From Lama glama (taxonomy: Eukaryota), in contig CM052824.1 in the NCBI GenBank assembly GCA_028534125.1, positions 60,946,001 to 61,010,000 of the forward strand: 64,000 nucleotides of DNA, written 5' to 3'. The stretch's first letter is position 1. Each line of letters begins with the position of its first letter. The notes under the pieces are model-generated. The model did not search any database. It was given only the letters and a program-made list of their open reading frames with translations, and had not been told where the DNA came from. Below, one piece after another: positions 26,316-40,704 of this stretch. The position numbers and the translations under genes are program-made.

Positions 26316-27030
26316 GTAAGACGCAGAGGTCGAGCTGTGCCGCCTCCCCTCGGACGCTCTGGAGCAAACCGCTCCAGCTCTCCTCGCGCGCGGCGGGGTG
26401 AGACCGCTGCCCCCATGTTTTCATTCACGAGTGCCGCCGTGCTCAGTGTAGGAAGTAGTGGTTTTTAGGTGAGGTCAGTTCCTCTCAAGCCTTCAATTGC
26501 AGAGGTCAGGGCTGCAGTGAACAGCTTTGCACCTGCAGATTTGTACCATAAGCAACAGTAGCACAGAGTCAGGGCCACTGCTGTCCAGCTTGATGTGCAG
26601 CCTGGTGACTGTGACTGGTCCCAGGCAGGGCCGTGTATCACGTGATGTGGCCGACCAGGCTGCAGTCTGGGGGAAGGGCCGCTCTCTACGCTGGAGGGGC
26701 AGGAGGAGCTGGGCTGCAGTGACCAGTGAGTGAGAGGAAGGGGGACAAGGGAGAACAGCTCTGGGCCGGCGCCGGGTGCTGTGCACTGGGGTGGGGCGGG
26801 GATGGGGTCCCGGCAGCCAGGGAGAGAGGCGGCCTCGCTGAGAGCCCCGAAGGGAAGGCAGAGGCCTGGGTGAAGAGGAGGAGTCACGGCAGAGAGGCCC
26901 AGGCAACCGGCAGGACCCGGGCAGTGGTGCCGCCGGGTGGGGTGGGGGTGGGTAGAGGAGAGGAGGCTTCAGCCTTCGGGTGAGACCAGTCATCACAGAA
27001 CCTTGACTTGCGGTAACTTTTATTTTTAAG

Positions 27031-27137
27031 ATCACAAACAACATTGACCCCGTGGGAAGAATCCAGATGCGAACCCGGCGGACGCTGAGGGGGCACCTGG
27101 CCAAGATCTATGCCATGCACTGGGGCACGGATTCCAG
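27031..27137 (+). CDS. GNB1: GNB1 exon 5: [35 protein letters not shown](R)
   Basis: tttttaag|ATC ... CAG|gtgtgt; 107 nt. Confidence 0.98.
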
Positions 27138-30100
27138 GTGTGTGGGCCGAGCAGGCCACCGCGCAGCGCACACAGGGATTGTTCTGCTTTTCTGGGGAAC
27201 AGTAACCTGAACTCGTCTTTCTGTTCAGAGACAGTTAGGCAGAGATGCCGGTACCTGAGCCGGCCAGGTGAGCGCCCAGGTGCCCGTCTGCGAGCGCATC
27301 CGCTCACCTGGGCTGCTCGCGCACTGTCGCATCTGCTCCACTATTGCGCCAGCTCTGCGCTTCCTCCCTGCCCCCCTGCTCAGTGCCTGTGTGACCCTGG
27401 GGAAGTGACCAAGCCTCTCTGTGCCGTGTCCCTTCCTCCTTCCAGCCTGTTACTCGTGGCTTTTTGGCCCTACCCTCTCGTGGTCCTGATGCCCTGGCTC
27501 TGGGACCATGACCTCCTCCATGTGGTGCTGGGGCTGAGTTGAGCCGGGGATCGCGGCTCGTGTGTCCCGCGTCCGTGCGCAAGCCTGCTGCTGGTTCTCG
27601 AGGGGCCACACCTCGTGGCTGCCGGCCCCACTTGAAGCTCTGTCCCTGCTCAGAACTCTGTCCTGCGGCTGGCTCATCTCTGGCCCTCCCTTCCACCTCC
27701 CCTTTCCCTCACGACCCGCAGCGGCGCTGGAACGAAGCCGCAGCGGCGCTTGTTCTTTTAGAGGCTGCGGCTTTAAATTCCTTCTCCTGTGCTCTTCCAC
27801 CCGGAGAATTAAATATGATGCTGTGCGACTCTGTGACTGTAACATGTTCCTTCAAACATCTCACGTGAGCCTGCAGATGCCTTCCTTTCAGTAGCTTTTT
27901 TCTTCATGTTTGTCAGAGAGGAATTTTCTGCTTCATATTTCCTCTTCGTTGTTGAAACTCTGCGTTGAGTATAAACAGCTACAGGACAAGAGATTGAATC
28001 TTCAGTTTGTTCTGTGCAGGATCCCAGATTGTTCCTGATGCACATGAGAGCTGACTTAGGTCGTTTTAATGACGACAGTAATCAAAAAGAATAAAAAAGG
28101 AAAAAGAAAGAAAAAAACGCCCTCGCTCATCGATCCACCTTAGACTGTATAATCAGAAGTAGATGATGGCCAGGCGGTATCTTACCTTCGGGATTTCCCT
28201 CCACCTGTGGGAGCCCCCCGACCCGACGCGAGGACACCGGGCAGACAGTGCTACAGCCAGGCCGACGCGAGCCCCCTCCAGGGGTGCACTCCCGGCGGCA
28301 GCAGTCTCTGCTCCAGGCGCTGACACATCACTGCGCCCTGGCCAGGGACTGAGAGCCGTGTTCGGGGAACTAAGGCAGGTGTGCGGCCAGAGCCGGGGCG
28401 ATGAGGGCAGGGCAGGGCAGGAGGCAGGCAGCGCTGATCACCACGCGGGCTTTTGTGCTCGTGCGGTTCCACCACAAGCTGTGCCGGGAGGGCCCGTGGC
28501 CGGAGGAGCAGGTGCGGAGGTGTGAGTGAGCAGCCCCTGCAAGAAGGGGTGCGGTGGGAGGCGGGGGTGCCGGCTTTGTCTCCTCGGACAGGGTGGTCGG
28601 CAGTGGCGCCAGTTTACAGCCGCTCTTGCCTCGTGCGCCCTCCTGTGGGGGCTCCGCTTTACAGCTGTCAGCCAGACAACCAGAACGACACCGGGGGGCC
28701 TCTGCTGTCCAGAGCCCTTCAGGGATTGTTTTTTCTGGAGAGCCATGCCTTCTGGAGAGGTGAACTCTTGCCTCTTTGAAATAGAAAATACATTTTCTTG
28801 ATTTGGGATGCACATTTTGCTTAAGTCATCTTTCTGTTTCCTGCTTCATAAACAGAGGTTAGTGTACTTTTTTCCATGACTCGCAGCTGTAATTTATGGA
28901 CGTTAGTTATTTTACTGTGTTTGTGTGACTTCTGGCTGCTCTCAGACCAGTGCTCCGATCGGCAGTCTGTCTTCCCGCTCTGCAGGACACGCCGCGGGGA
29001 GGTGTCCGTGCGTGCGTGTGTCCGTGCGTGGTCTGTGTACGTTCATGATGCGCTCATCAGGGCGCTGCAATCCACTGCTAAACTTCAAGCCTACTGCTTA
29101 TAACACTGGAGAGTCTTTCAATCACTTGAATTAATGTTAAATTTTTCTCCCTTCTCTGAAGTCTGCCAAAGTCTTGTTAGAATCGAGAGTGACACACAGC
29201 CGAGCCGACTCGGCTTGGGAGCCCAGCCCTCCCTCCTGAGTGATGAAGGCCTGGGGAGGCTGGGTCTGGACCTCTGCCTGACCTCTTGTTTTCAGTGCCC
29301 GGGCCCTTGCCCCTGCGTTCTGGCAGGCGGGGCCTCGTGGTAGCGGGCTGTGATTGGCTGAAGGCCAAGGGGCACCGTGAGCCCATCTCCAGCAGTCGCC
29401 TGGCCGGGGCTACAGGGTGTCGCCTGTCACCTTCAGGAGGATGAGGGGCAGCTTAGCATTTTGCTAACCCTTGGACGAGTCAGCAGATACTAAGCTGTCT
29501 GACCGGGAGACCTTTCTGAAGGTGACACTCCTGGGGTGAGCTCTGTACTCGGGCTCTGATCCTCTGTTCAGCCGGTGCTCAGAAGTAGAGAGAGCGGCAG
29601 GGAATCTCCCTCCGACGCATGGCAGTGTCTGAAGGGCCTGATACGCTCATCACTGAACCGAGATGCAGCAGCTCCTTTAAGAAATTGCACCCACAGAGTA
29701 ATAGGGTTGGGGCCTGCACTTCGTTTAGTTCTGTAATCAGTTTTGTAACGCGGTGCTGAAAGTGTTTTTATTCCTTCCGACTGTTAGCCCCTGTCGAGGA
29801 TGTCCGTGCTGGGTGCGCGGAACGCGGGGTTTGATGAGAAGAGTCAGTGGTCAGGGTAACTCGGGTGGTTTTACCTCCAGGCTGATCGGTTCACAGAGCC
29901 AAATATGCTTCTGCCTGCCGTGCTTGAAACCTATGTTTTGATAAAATCTTTAAAGTTAAAAATGTTCCTCCTTATTTACCATACTGACGTATCTCAGCAT
30001 GGGACTCTGCGTGGAGTCTCCTCGCCATTCCTTGCAAACAGCGGTCTGTGGCAAATTCCTCAGGGCATCTTATGAGCAGCTGTGGTTCCCAGAATTCACT

Positions 30101-30772
30101 CTCACTTGAAATTCCTTTGCCCGCTGGACACGCTCTCCGTTGGCAGCTTCCCCCCTCAGTCCGGCAGAGACAGGAGCGCCTTCTCGGCACAGACCCCACG
30201 CTTGGTGCCGCTGAGCCGCAGGGGAAGCACCCTCAGCGCCGCGGGTCTCCTGCCAGGCCAGCCGCAGTCCTGCTCTTTGTCGTGTCTGTGTGAAGCAGGT
30301 GGGAAGTGAGAGCCTCCTTTATGTTTCCAGGAGACGTGGATTCCAGTTTTAGTTCAGCCTGGGAAATTTTCTTGGCATATTTTTGGTGAGAAACGGCCCC
30401 TAAATTTTGAAGATCTAAAAACTTACTTGTCCTTTATATCTAGGCTTTCTGAGTGTCCAAATGGAACAGAAAATTATATACTAAATGTTTTCTACCATCT
30501 TTGGCTCTTGAAAGATCTGTAGCTCTCAAATCTGATGTATGACGACCCAAACAGGAGGGTTCTAAGAAGTCGGCTTGTCCTGCCTGACCAAGGGGGTGAC
30601 TGGCCCAGTCTGCACTTGAAGATAAGCAGTCTTGAATCTGAACTGTTAACCTGTGGGAGTATTTTCTTGTCATGCTTTCAGAGTTGGTCTAACAGGTTTT
30701 TTTTTCCCTGGCTTCTAGGTAAGTGTGCTTTTTCTCAAGCAAATGTGATGTTGACATGCAGGTGGTCAGTAA

Positions 30773-31216
<444 letters not shown>

Positions 31217-31792
31217 TGAAAGGCAGTGTACTTTGAAGTATCGCTTAAGCCTTTAAAAGGGTAATCGGAAGTTGTATCACAGTGAATGGAAGGAACTGGC
31301 GTCGGCCTAAGCGGGCACGACAGGGGAAGCACGGCTGTGTTTCGCCAGATGAGGCCAAAGGTTGGCAGAAGACTGCGGCGCTGACACAGATGGGTCTGAG
31401 ACGCGGTGGGGAGGGGTGTGGCAGGGTAGTTAGAGAAACGTCCGGTGTGGTTACTTTGGTAAAGAAGGTTCATCTTGTAAATGCCTCCGTAGCTGCCCTG
31501 CCAGCTTAAGAGCACACAGCCGGGACGAGGTGGCCCTCTGCCATCGCCCGCGAGCCCGCCTGGCTGAGTGGTGGCTTCGGCAAACCTCCAGGCGAGGTTG
31601 CTGAGGGCCCGGGTTGCTGATTGGACCGCTCCTTTGCCTCACTGGCCATATGTGTGCATGACTGTCGGGATAGTTTTGGCCGTCGTCTTGTCCCCTCCCT
31701 TGCAGTGGAAGTTGCAGGCAGAACTAGAACCACAGCGTCAGCAGCTGATGTTTGGACTTGAGCTAGCTGCTCACGCATGTTCTGTCACTCAG

Positions 31793-31955
31793 GTCCACGC
31801 CATCCCTCTGCGCTCCTCATGGGTCATGACATGTGCGTATGCACCTTCCGGGAACTACGTGGCCTGCGGTGGCCTGGACAACATCTGCTCCATTTACAAT
31901 CTGAAGACCCGCGAAGGGAACGTGCGTGTGAGTCGTGAGCTGGCTGGACACACAG
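31793..31955 (+). CDS. GNB1: GNB1 exon 7: [54 protein letters not shown](G)
   Basis: tcactcag|GTC ... CAG|gtactc; 163 nt; lies within ORF 31568..32320. Confidence 0.98.
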
Positions 31956-32416
31956 GTACTCGCTCTCCTGGTGACGCACGGTGCTGCGCGCTGCGTGCCC
32001 GGCACGGTCGTCTGCTCCAGTGCTCGCCTCTTCCTCCTCTGGGACTGTTTACCGAGCCTGGCAACAGTCGTGGCCAGGAGTACTTTGAAAATGAAACCAG
32101 AGACCGCGCTTACCATTCAGCAGCCTTTGGGTCTGAGTCACGTAGCGGCCCGTTCTCAAGGCTCTTGAGCACGTGGGTCACTCCTGTCTTCCGTTCTGTC
32201 GACAGTCCTGAGCGCCTTTCCACAGGGCTTCCCGATCTAAGCACACGTGTGCCCATGTGCACACACGGGTGCTCATCCGCGTACCCCCTCACTGTCCCTC
32301 AGCATACTTGGTGCCCTTAGCTCCCTGTTGCAGAGGACACGGCCTGTGCTCCACAGGCTCAGTTCTGAAGTAGCCAGCTTGCGGGCGCCCGGTGGTGGCG
32401 CTCTGCTGTGTTCAGC

Positions 32417-32447
32417 TGACCTGTGACCTGTGACCTGTGAACTGTGA
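32417..32447. repeat. 7-bp tandem repeat (TGACCTG)x3 + TGAACTG
   Basis: Read directly from the sequence. Confidence 0.95.
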
Positions 32448-32679
32448 TAGTTGTTACTGGCTGTTACAAAAAGGCCTGTTTCTGAAACAGTGGGGCTCGC
32501 CCTGGTGGTTCACTTCTCTAGCTGTCTGTCCGGGTCAGGGTTCCCTCCACTGGGCTCGCATTCTTCGCGTGCAGCAGAGACTGCCGTGACCGAGGGAGTG
32601 CTTTTCACTCCAGCCAGGCGGGCTGCTGCCTCACTTCTGGCCCGTTAGGAGTGTATCCTCTGTCCTTTCAGGGATAGAC

Positions 32680-34850
32680 TCCCTTGTTCATTGATTGCTG
32701 TCCTGTGTCATTTCCTGCCTTTGGCTTGCTCTGGAGTTTCTTCCTTCTTTTTCAGATATAAGCACTGAAAGCTATAAATTGCCCACCAAGCATGCTTCAG
32801 CTGTAGTATCATTCAGCGTGGAATATTTTGGATACCCCTTTGACGACTTGATTCTTGGGTTACTTAGAAGCAGGTTGCTTAATATTCAAGTATCTGAAGT
32901 TTTCTGATACAGCAGCATTTGATTAAAAATCAGTAGTAGGTTATGTTCAGAGAACACGCCCTGTGCCGTTCCAGCTTTTCCACGTGTACAGAGACCTGCC
33001 TTCAGCGGGGCGGCGGTTACCGCCGTGCTGCTCGCGGGCCAGTCTGTCGTGTGCTGGCCAGGTGGCTTCTCGGTGTGTCCGGCAGCACAGGACTTGTGAC
33101 ACTGCTCCGATCTTCTGTACTTTGCTGTTACTTCTATAAGGTACTGAGGTGGGGATGCTGGCATCTCTGGTTATGGGGAGTTTCTGCTTCGTGCGTGTTG
33201 AGCTCCGGCAGTGAAGCGGGTGCACCTCTGACAGTCACGGCTTCCGGACGACTTGGCCCTCCTGCCGCACTGAAGTGCCCCTTTGTCCCTCAGAGCACTG
33301 CGGAAAAGCGCAGCACAGCCACTCCAGCCTCCCGTGCTTGCGCCCGCCTGCCTGCTGTGTTTGCCCCTCACTTCGCTCAGCTTAGCGTTTCTAAACAGCT
33401 CCTCGCAGGCAGCGCACAGGCAGCACGCAGTCGGCTCTTCGTCCGTTTGCGGTGCCTCTGCCTTCAGCCAGCGTGGAGGCCGCTGCTGCCTCCTCCCCAC
33501 AGGCGGCCCCATGCGCGCCTTTCCTGCCTTCTTCCTGGCTACTTGAGTTGTTAGCATTTTGTGTTAGTTCTGTCTGAGGGCGTTTGCGTCCCTCTTTGCC
33601 TTGTCTTTCAGTGCTCTATGTGGGGATGACCACCTACGCCTGCAGTTTCTCATGGTCCACTCAGAGTTAATATTGCAGCGTTTGTGTAAAATGCAAGAAC
33701 CTCGGGCCTTAAAGGCCCATTTTCTGCCCTTCCTCGCTCTTTATGAAGTTTCATTGCTGTTACATCTACATGTGTTAGAAGCCCCCACAATACGTTGTTT
33801 TGTTTCCTTTAAACATTCCTAGCTGCTTGAAGAAATCTGAGTAGTGTTTTTGCATGTACTCGGATTTTTACCATTTCTAGTGCTTGTCTGTCACGGGAGC
33901 CGTGAGCCTTCTCCTGGGGCCCTGCAAGCCAGTGAGCTGCTTCGGTGTTTCTTACAGTCGGTGCAGACCTGCCCGCTGTGCGTTCTCTGCCTTCTCATTT
34001 ATGTGACACGTCCGTTGTCCTTCAGAATCCTTTTTTTTTTTTTTTTTTTGGTGCAGGGGAGGTAATTGGATTTATTTTTATTTTTTAATTTTAATGGAGG
34101 TGCTGGGGATGAAACCCAGGACCTCGTGCATGCTAAGCACGCTCTCCGCCAGTGAGCTACACCCTCCCCTTTTTCATTCTTGAGGAGTGTTTTGCTGGAC
34201 ACACTGAATTCTGAGTGGGCGCTCTTTTTTTATTTTTCACCTTTTAGCACTTTAGCAATTTTTCTTTGCTTCTGGTAGCACGACGGATAGGCTTCGGAGC
34301 AATTCTCCTTACTGTGCTTTACCACCTTGCATCTGTGAGGTTTTGTCTCTCACTGAAGTTCGGGGATTCTGGACACCTGCGCCCCATTCTGCGTCCTCCG
34401 TGCTCCAGTGGCGTGCACGTCAGTGCTGAGGTCCCTGTGGCTCTGCTCACTCTTCTTTGGTCTCCCGCCCCTTCACATTTGCTCGTTTCAGATCTGTCCT
34501 CCAGCACGTGTGACTTTGTCACCGCCAGGGCACTGTCAGGACTCCCAGCAAACCGTCTGTGTCACGTGTTCTGGTCTGCAGTCCTAGAATGTTTGCTTCG
34601 AAAAAGAAAGTCGTCATGTTTCTGCTGAGGTTTCCTGGCTTTCTGTTTGTCTTGAGCGCATTTGACACCCTGGAACGGCGCTCTAGGAGCTGCCTGTAAG
34701 TTTCCTGGCTGCCGGTTTCAGGGGCGAATCCCTTGAGATTGGTCTTGACGGCTCTTCTCTCTTGAATACGGGTGGCGTTTTCCTATTTCTCAGGATGGCT
34801 AGAGTTCTGAATTGCGTCCTGGACTTGGTGAATGTTGCGTCACGGAAACT
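32680..34850 (-). mobile_element. Highly decayed antisense L1 segments, interrupted by the SINE at 34031
   Basis: ttttcagatataagcactgaaagctataaatt..gggttacttagaag..ttgcttaat; tttcaccttttagcacttta; boundaries approximate. Confidence 0.55.
34031..34169 (-). mobile_element. tRNA-derived camelid-type SINE with a 19-nt poly(A) tail, inside an old L1
   Basis: T19 at 34031-34049, then the reverse complement of the SINE tail and A/B-box head. Confidence 0.9.
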
Positions 34851-37800
34851 CGGGGTTCTCTGGCAGCGCCGGTGCTTGGTTCTGTCAGGCAGCAGCCAGG
34901 TCGTGTGGCTCAGACCGATGCTGGCACTTTGGGGCGTGCTGTCAGGGCCCGTGAGGCCTCCTTTCCAGGCTTTCTTCCTTCACCCCCAGCTCTGGCTGTT
35001 CAGGGAGGTGGGGCCCCAGCGCTGACGGCTCAGGGCAGCCACATGCTGGCGATCACAGCGGGGGCCCCCCGCCGGGCGGCATGCCCTGAGAGCAGCCCCC
35101 GGGGCCTCCCCTTCTTCCAGGCGCGGGCTCCCCAGCTTGTGCCTGTTGCAGGGCTTTTAGGTGTTTGCTTTTCAGTTTGTCCGGCGCTCCCGGCTGCTTC
35201 CTGTGGGCCGCTGCCTGGCGAGCCCGCGCCCTGTCTGATGGGCACGGCACGCTCTACGCGCCGCCGTGCCCGGAGCACTGCGAGCGCACGCCTGACGCGT
35301 GTTCTCGCTGGGTGTCAGTCTTGTCTGCCACCAGCTTCAGGGTGTGGACTTCGTCTTCAATTAAAATCTTTTCAGTTAATTTTAACACTGTTTGTTTGCT
35401 GAAACAAAAATAATAATAAAACTAGTGTCAGAGGAAATGTTCTAGGAATTTTGTTTTCTTTATATAGTGTGAGATTTTTCTTCTTGGGAGTTGAGTGTTG
35501 TTTTTTTTTAAACATTTGGTCTCTTTGTAACTTTCTTCAGACGTGATACTTAATTTTCAGCTTCGAGTCAGCACAGGTTAACATCCGACGAGCTTACGGC
35601 AGCTCGGCCCAGGCGGGGTCCACGTGGCGGGCGGCGTGCCGCCTTTGCCTTGTCTCAGACCTTCCAAGCGTCTGTCTGACCACTGCAGTGTCATCCCTCA
35701 GGTGTCTTCCTTGGGCCTGAGCCTTGAGGCAAGAACTCTTTGTCAAGTCATGGTTGGGATTTTTTCCTGCAGAATCTTGGAAACTGAGTTGCACAGGACC
35801 CGTCTTGGCTCTCCTCGGCAGGCTCCGCGAGCTGAGCGCAGCCGTGTCTGTCGGTGGGAGGGGACCGGTCTCTGCGGTCAGCCTCAGGCCTGAGATCCCG
35901 GCGGTCCGCTTTCTGTTCAAGTGTAAGGGCCCGTGTGGAACAAACAGAAGCTTCTTTCTCTAGAGTCGGCCCCCAGGCTGTGGAAATACTTGGGAGAGAA
36001 GACACGAGACGGCCTTCTGTCTTGTTGGTGTCTTGCCTTTACATGTGTCTCACAGAGTGAAGGACGCCCCGGACGGCGAGTCGGGTGAGTCCACGGAGAC
36101 CGCGCGGGGCCTTTGTTGTTGTTGCGACTGTTCTACTTAGAGAACGGGGCTGTCCGGGTGCTGGTTTGGTGAAAGCACTGGTCACTAAGGCACTAGAGTA
36201 TACATTTGAGGAATTAGTAATTTCCTAGTGTTCGTTTCTGACGAGAGTGTCAGGCCCGGTCTCGCAGACTGTTCCCAGAGCAAAAGCTGGACACTTGCTC
36301 TTAGAGGTCTCCTTTCCCAGCCCTCCCATCGCAGTGCAGACACGCTTCCCCTTCTGAGGCCGCCGTGGCCAAGGGTTGAGCTGGGGGCCTCCCAGGGGCC
36401 GCATGGCCTCGCTGCTCAGGAACCTGCTGTGGGGGCTGGAGCCGTGTTTCCTAGGACAGGTGTTCCTGCTGCTGGGCTGAACGTGAAAGCCCTATGAGAG
36501 CCCCGTGGGTCGGACCCACTGCCTGCGAGCTGCTCTCCTCCGACAGGCACCAGCGGACTCGAGCACAGGAGGAGAGTGGTCCCTTCCATCTGCCCCCGGA
36601 AGTACAGCTGGGCCACTCTCTGGTGCCCTGTTCTTTGGCAGTTAGTCTAACATGACATCCGTTTTAGGTGTTTTGTGGTCACAGTCTGGGAACTTCAGAT
36701 CCCACTGCTCACTGATCTCCCGGACTGCCCGGGGCTGGGGGCCTGCCGCCCTCCGCACAGAGTGCCCGCCTGCCCGCCCCTCGGCTTCCCTTCCGCCGGC
36801 TCCCGAGCGTCCTCTCCACCTCGCAGGCAAAGCAGCCCTGGAACAGAGAGAACCCTTTTCCAGGGTTGCCGTGCATCCTCGCTGGCCTCCCTTTGAACGA
36901 CTGTGGGTCCCACATCCACCCCAGCCTGGGTCCAGACCTCAGACCATCCTGAGGTGGCGGTGAGCTCTGCCGACCTCCGAGGCCGAGAGGACGAGGCCAC
37001 GCAGCCTTGTGAATGGACTAAACTCCTGGCCCTCTTCTGTTTGCATCTGATTTCATCTTTTGCCATCAGCATTTTATAAGTTTGTCTCTGGGGTGTTGCA
37101 AGGCTCCTTTCTCCTGATAAAGCTGTTGCTTATTTTCCTCACTTTGAGACCCTCGGGGTACCGCGTTCTCTTTTCACCTAACTTCTCAGAGAACGTGTCC
37201 TGCTGCCCCTGTGTGCACCTCTGCGTGGGGTGGGCAGCTCTTCCTCCAGTTGTAGGCCGAAAACTCCTTCCTTCCCAGAGCAGGACAGACTTTGCTCCCC
37301 GGGAGTGGCGGCCACCGCAGCCTCGTGGACAGCCCGGCGCCCCACTGCCCTCCACGGTGCCTGGGCTGAAATACCAGTGCCTTTCCCTGTAGGAATTTGG
37401 GGAAATAACTCTCAGTTATCTTCTTCTGTGTCTTTAACCTCTGATCCCACCTGGAGCTACAAGGTCATTCCGAGAGCTGAGGAGGCTTCCGTTGTATGGC
37501 GTGCTGACTTGTCTCTGTAGTTGGCCATTTAGGCCGTTCCCAGTTGGTCGTTAGTACAAACACTGTGGCAGTAAGTAGTGTTCTTGTAGGTGAGCGAGCT
37601 CCCAGGCCCTCACCACTATCTGGGGGTGAGTTGCTTTAGTGGAGCTGTTTGATTTCAGCCCTCTTGGGTCAACAGCTGCTCCCAGTCAGGAGGTAAGTGT
37701 GCCTGCCTCTAGGAACCAGGCTCCCACCCTGATGCCTCGCTCCATCCTCAGGACAAGACACCTCCTGATAGTGCCCCCCGCCCCGACTGGGGTCCTTGCC

Positions 37801-38695
37801 CTGAGAGCCTGCGCCCTGCCTCCCCTCAGGCCTCCTCCTTCCTCTGGACATTGTAGCGTCGTCCCTGTGCCAGGCTGTCCCCAGCCCACCTTGCCACTGC
37901 TACTTGTGGTCTCTGTGAGGCCTGGCACCTCCACACTTGGTGCCCACTTCTGTCACGGTCTCTTTCCTGCCCCTCTGGACACTTGAAAGGCAGCAGCCCG
38001 CCAGGCCGGCCACCCTGTAGCACAGAGCCCTGCCCCTGGGAGGCGGTGGTCTTCAGCCGAGGTCACACACGCGCAGAGTCCCTTCAGGGAAGTTGCTCAT
38101 TCTTCCATGATGACAGAGGCAGTGGCCCACCGCCCTGTACTGGGAGCGTGGATGCACAGGCAGCTCTGCCCCTTCTCCAGAACCATCGCCAGTTAATCTG
38201 GGGAGACTGGGTCTCAGGGGAGAGCCTGCAGGAACTCTCACTGCTGGTTAGTGTCTGCGTTGAGCACAGAGCCCAGGTGGTTCTGACTTCAGGGCCCATT
38301 CTGAAGCCGTCTCCTGCCTCCCAGGCAGAACGGCCCTGGAGGCTGGGCACCCCTTGCTGGCATCCGTGCGCACGGAGCGCTGCCGGCCTCCCGGGACATG
38401 TAGCACGCGGGCCTGGCGGCCGTGCCCACCGGGCTGGACAGCTCGGCGTTCGTGTCTGAGGGCTCCCGTCTCAGGCTGCGCAGCACTGACGCCCAGTACT
38501 TGGCTGTTAACCTAACGTGAAAGTTGGTTTCCACATTTTCTTTCTGGGAGGAAAAAAGTTTTCGTAAAAATTATAATCTCTAACTGGTTATTGTCTTTTA
38601 CCCTCAACTTACAAAATGCAAAAGGACCCAAAAAATGAGTTATAAGATTATGCGCTAGCAGCCCTGGCTCTTTAATTGAAAGTAATACTTATGTA

Positions 38696-38906
38696 AAGCT
38701 GACCCTTGAGCAGCACGGGTCTGAACTGCATCGGTGCACTTCCACGTGGACATTTCTCCCTAAACACAGCACTGCTCGATCCATGGTTGGCTGAACCCGA
38801 GGACGCGGAGGTGCTGAGGTTACCGAGGGCCAGCTGAGTCACTCGGGGCTTTTCAACCTCTCGGAGGCCAGCGCTCTTAACCCCCCTGCACTGCTCAGGC
38901 CGGCTG
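38696..38906 (+). mobile_element. Tigger2a-like (TcMar) MITE
   Basis: TA then AGCTGACCCTTGAGCAGCACGGGTCTGAACTGC...; internal gatccatggttggctgaacc; right end CTGCTCAGGCCGGCTG is a degenerate inverted repeat of the left end. Confidence 0.8.
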
Positions 38907-40509
38907 TGTGTGTTTCAGAGCTCAGAGTCATGGAAGAGTCAGGAATTAGAAGCCAAACCGCCTGTGCCATCCAGTCCCCCAGGAACCCTGCGACGCCTCT
39001 GCCCCACTCCTCCTCTTCATGGGCGTGGATCAGTGGGTCCTAACAGCGTTATGATTCCAGGACCATTTGTGGCTTTGTAAACGCAGTCGTCTCCTGTAGC
39101 CTCCCCGCTTCCAGGGGGTCGGCTGACGTGCGCTGGTCACCCGGGGCCGAAAGAGCCTCCAGCACCACCAGCACCACCGGGTGCTGGCTCTCTGGTTCCT
39201 GGGGCCCACGTGGCTGGACCACCACCTGCACAGAGGGCGTCGTTGAGGCCATGTTTCTTTGTGCAGTCGACCCTGGAGTGCCCTGATTGGTCCTGTGAGG
39301 AGCCTGTGGGCTGGGGTCTCCGGGAGCCTCCTTCCTGTCTTTGCTGTGCTCCCGGGTCAGACGGGCTGGCGCTAGGATGGCGAGTATGAGAGTCCCTGGG
39401 CCTGTCTGATGGGCACCCACCAGATGGGGTCGGGTGCCCAGGGCTGGTTCCTGGAGGGGATGGTGAAACTGACATGAGCAGAGTGCCAGGGAGTGAGTGC
39501 TGTGGTTGGTCAGGCCCTCGGGCTGGGACTCAGCAGGCAGGGAGCTCAGGACCCTGGGGGGGAGCCCCTTGGGGTGCGCACACGCGGAGTGGGGGCTTGT
39601 CGTCCACGACCTTGCGGCCCCGGCCACTCCTCTCCCGCTGGGCATTGGCCACATGGTGCCCAGGGTCCTGTGGCCGGGGCATGGCCTCCAGGAAGCACTC
39701 GACCTCATGCCCTCTTCTGGGCACACGTTGATAATTCTGAAGGTTGTCATTTCTAGGTGTGTTTTTTATGGGAGGCAGTATAGTAATACTCGTTAGATAA
39801 ATGTTTTACTTTCTCTGTATGCTTACCCTTTCCCCATACACCCTTCAGTGGGTTTCCTGTTTGTTTGCACAGCGTCACACGTGGCTCTGGCGTGGGCTGG
39901 GAAGAGAGGCTTCGGGAAATGGGCACGCGTAGCAGGAGCCTGGCCAGCCCAGGTCAGGGCCACTCCCCACCGTTCCGGGAAGCCCCAGGCCTTCCGGGGC
40001 CAGCTGTGCTTGCCCTGCACCTGCCACTCCCAGGGTCACTGACCCAGGGGCAGCAGGGGTCATGGTGAGCAGGGCTGGCTAAGTGGAGCTCCCGAGCAGG
40101 TGCTATGGAGCTGTTGGCCTTCCCCCGCCCCATTCCAAAGGCCGGTCGGGGCTGGGCTCCCCTCCCATGCGCTGTGGCCACACAACTGCTTCCACACTGA
40201 TGTTTTTGCCATTGCAACCGCCCGTGGACCGCCCTCCATTCTGGCCAAGCCCCTGGGAGGCTCGGGAGACCTCCGTGGGCCGCCCTGCCCTCCTCCTCCC
40301 GGACAGTACGTGCCTGCTCTCTGTGCTCACCCCCTTTGCTTACGGATGTGTCCGGGTCCAGAGTGCTGCTGCCCGGCGTGCTGGGGGGCCGGGTAGAGGA
40401 GGGTGTGCGCTCCCCGAACTTGCTGCCCTCCCTGTGCCGCGGGCGCTGTGCTGCGAGGGCCTCTGCGTATGGAGTCCGGGCCCCGGTTCTCGCCCCGTGA
40501 TGCGGTTGA

Positions 40510-40704
<195 letters not shown>

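Noticed and set aside
33530-33554. ORF 32943..33554 ends in GYLSC, the same peptide that starts GNB1 exon 8
   Set aside because: Different codons, no acceptor, immediate stop, and located in decayed L1 sequence; coincidence rather than a duplicated exon
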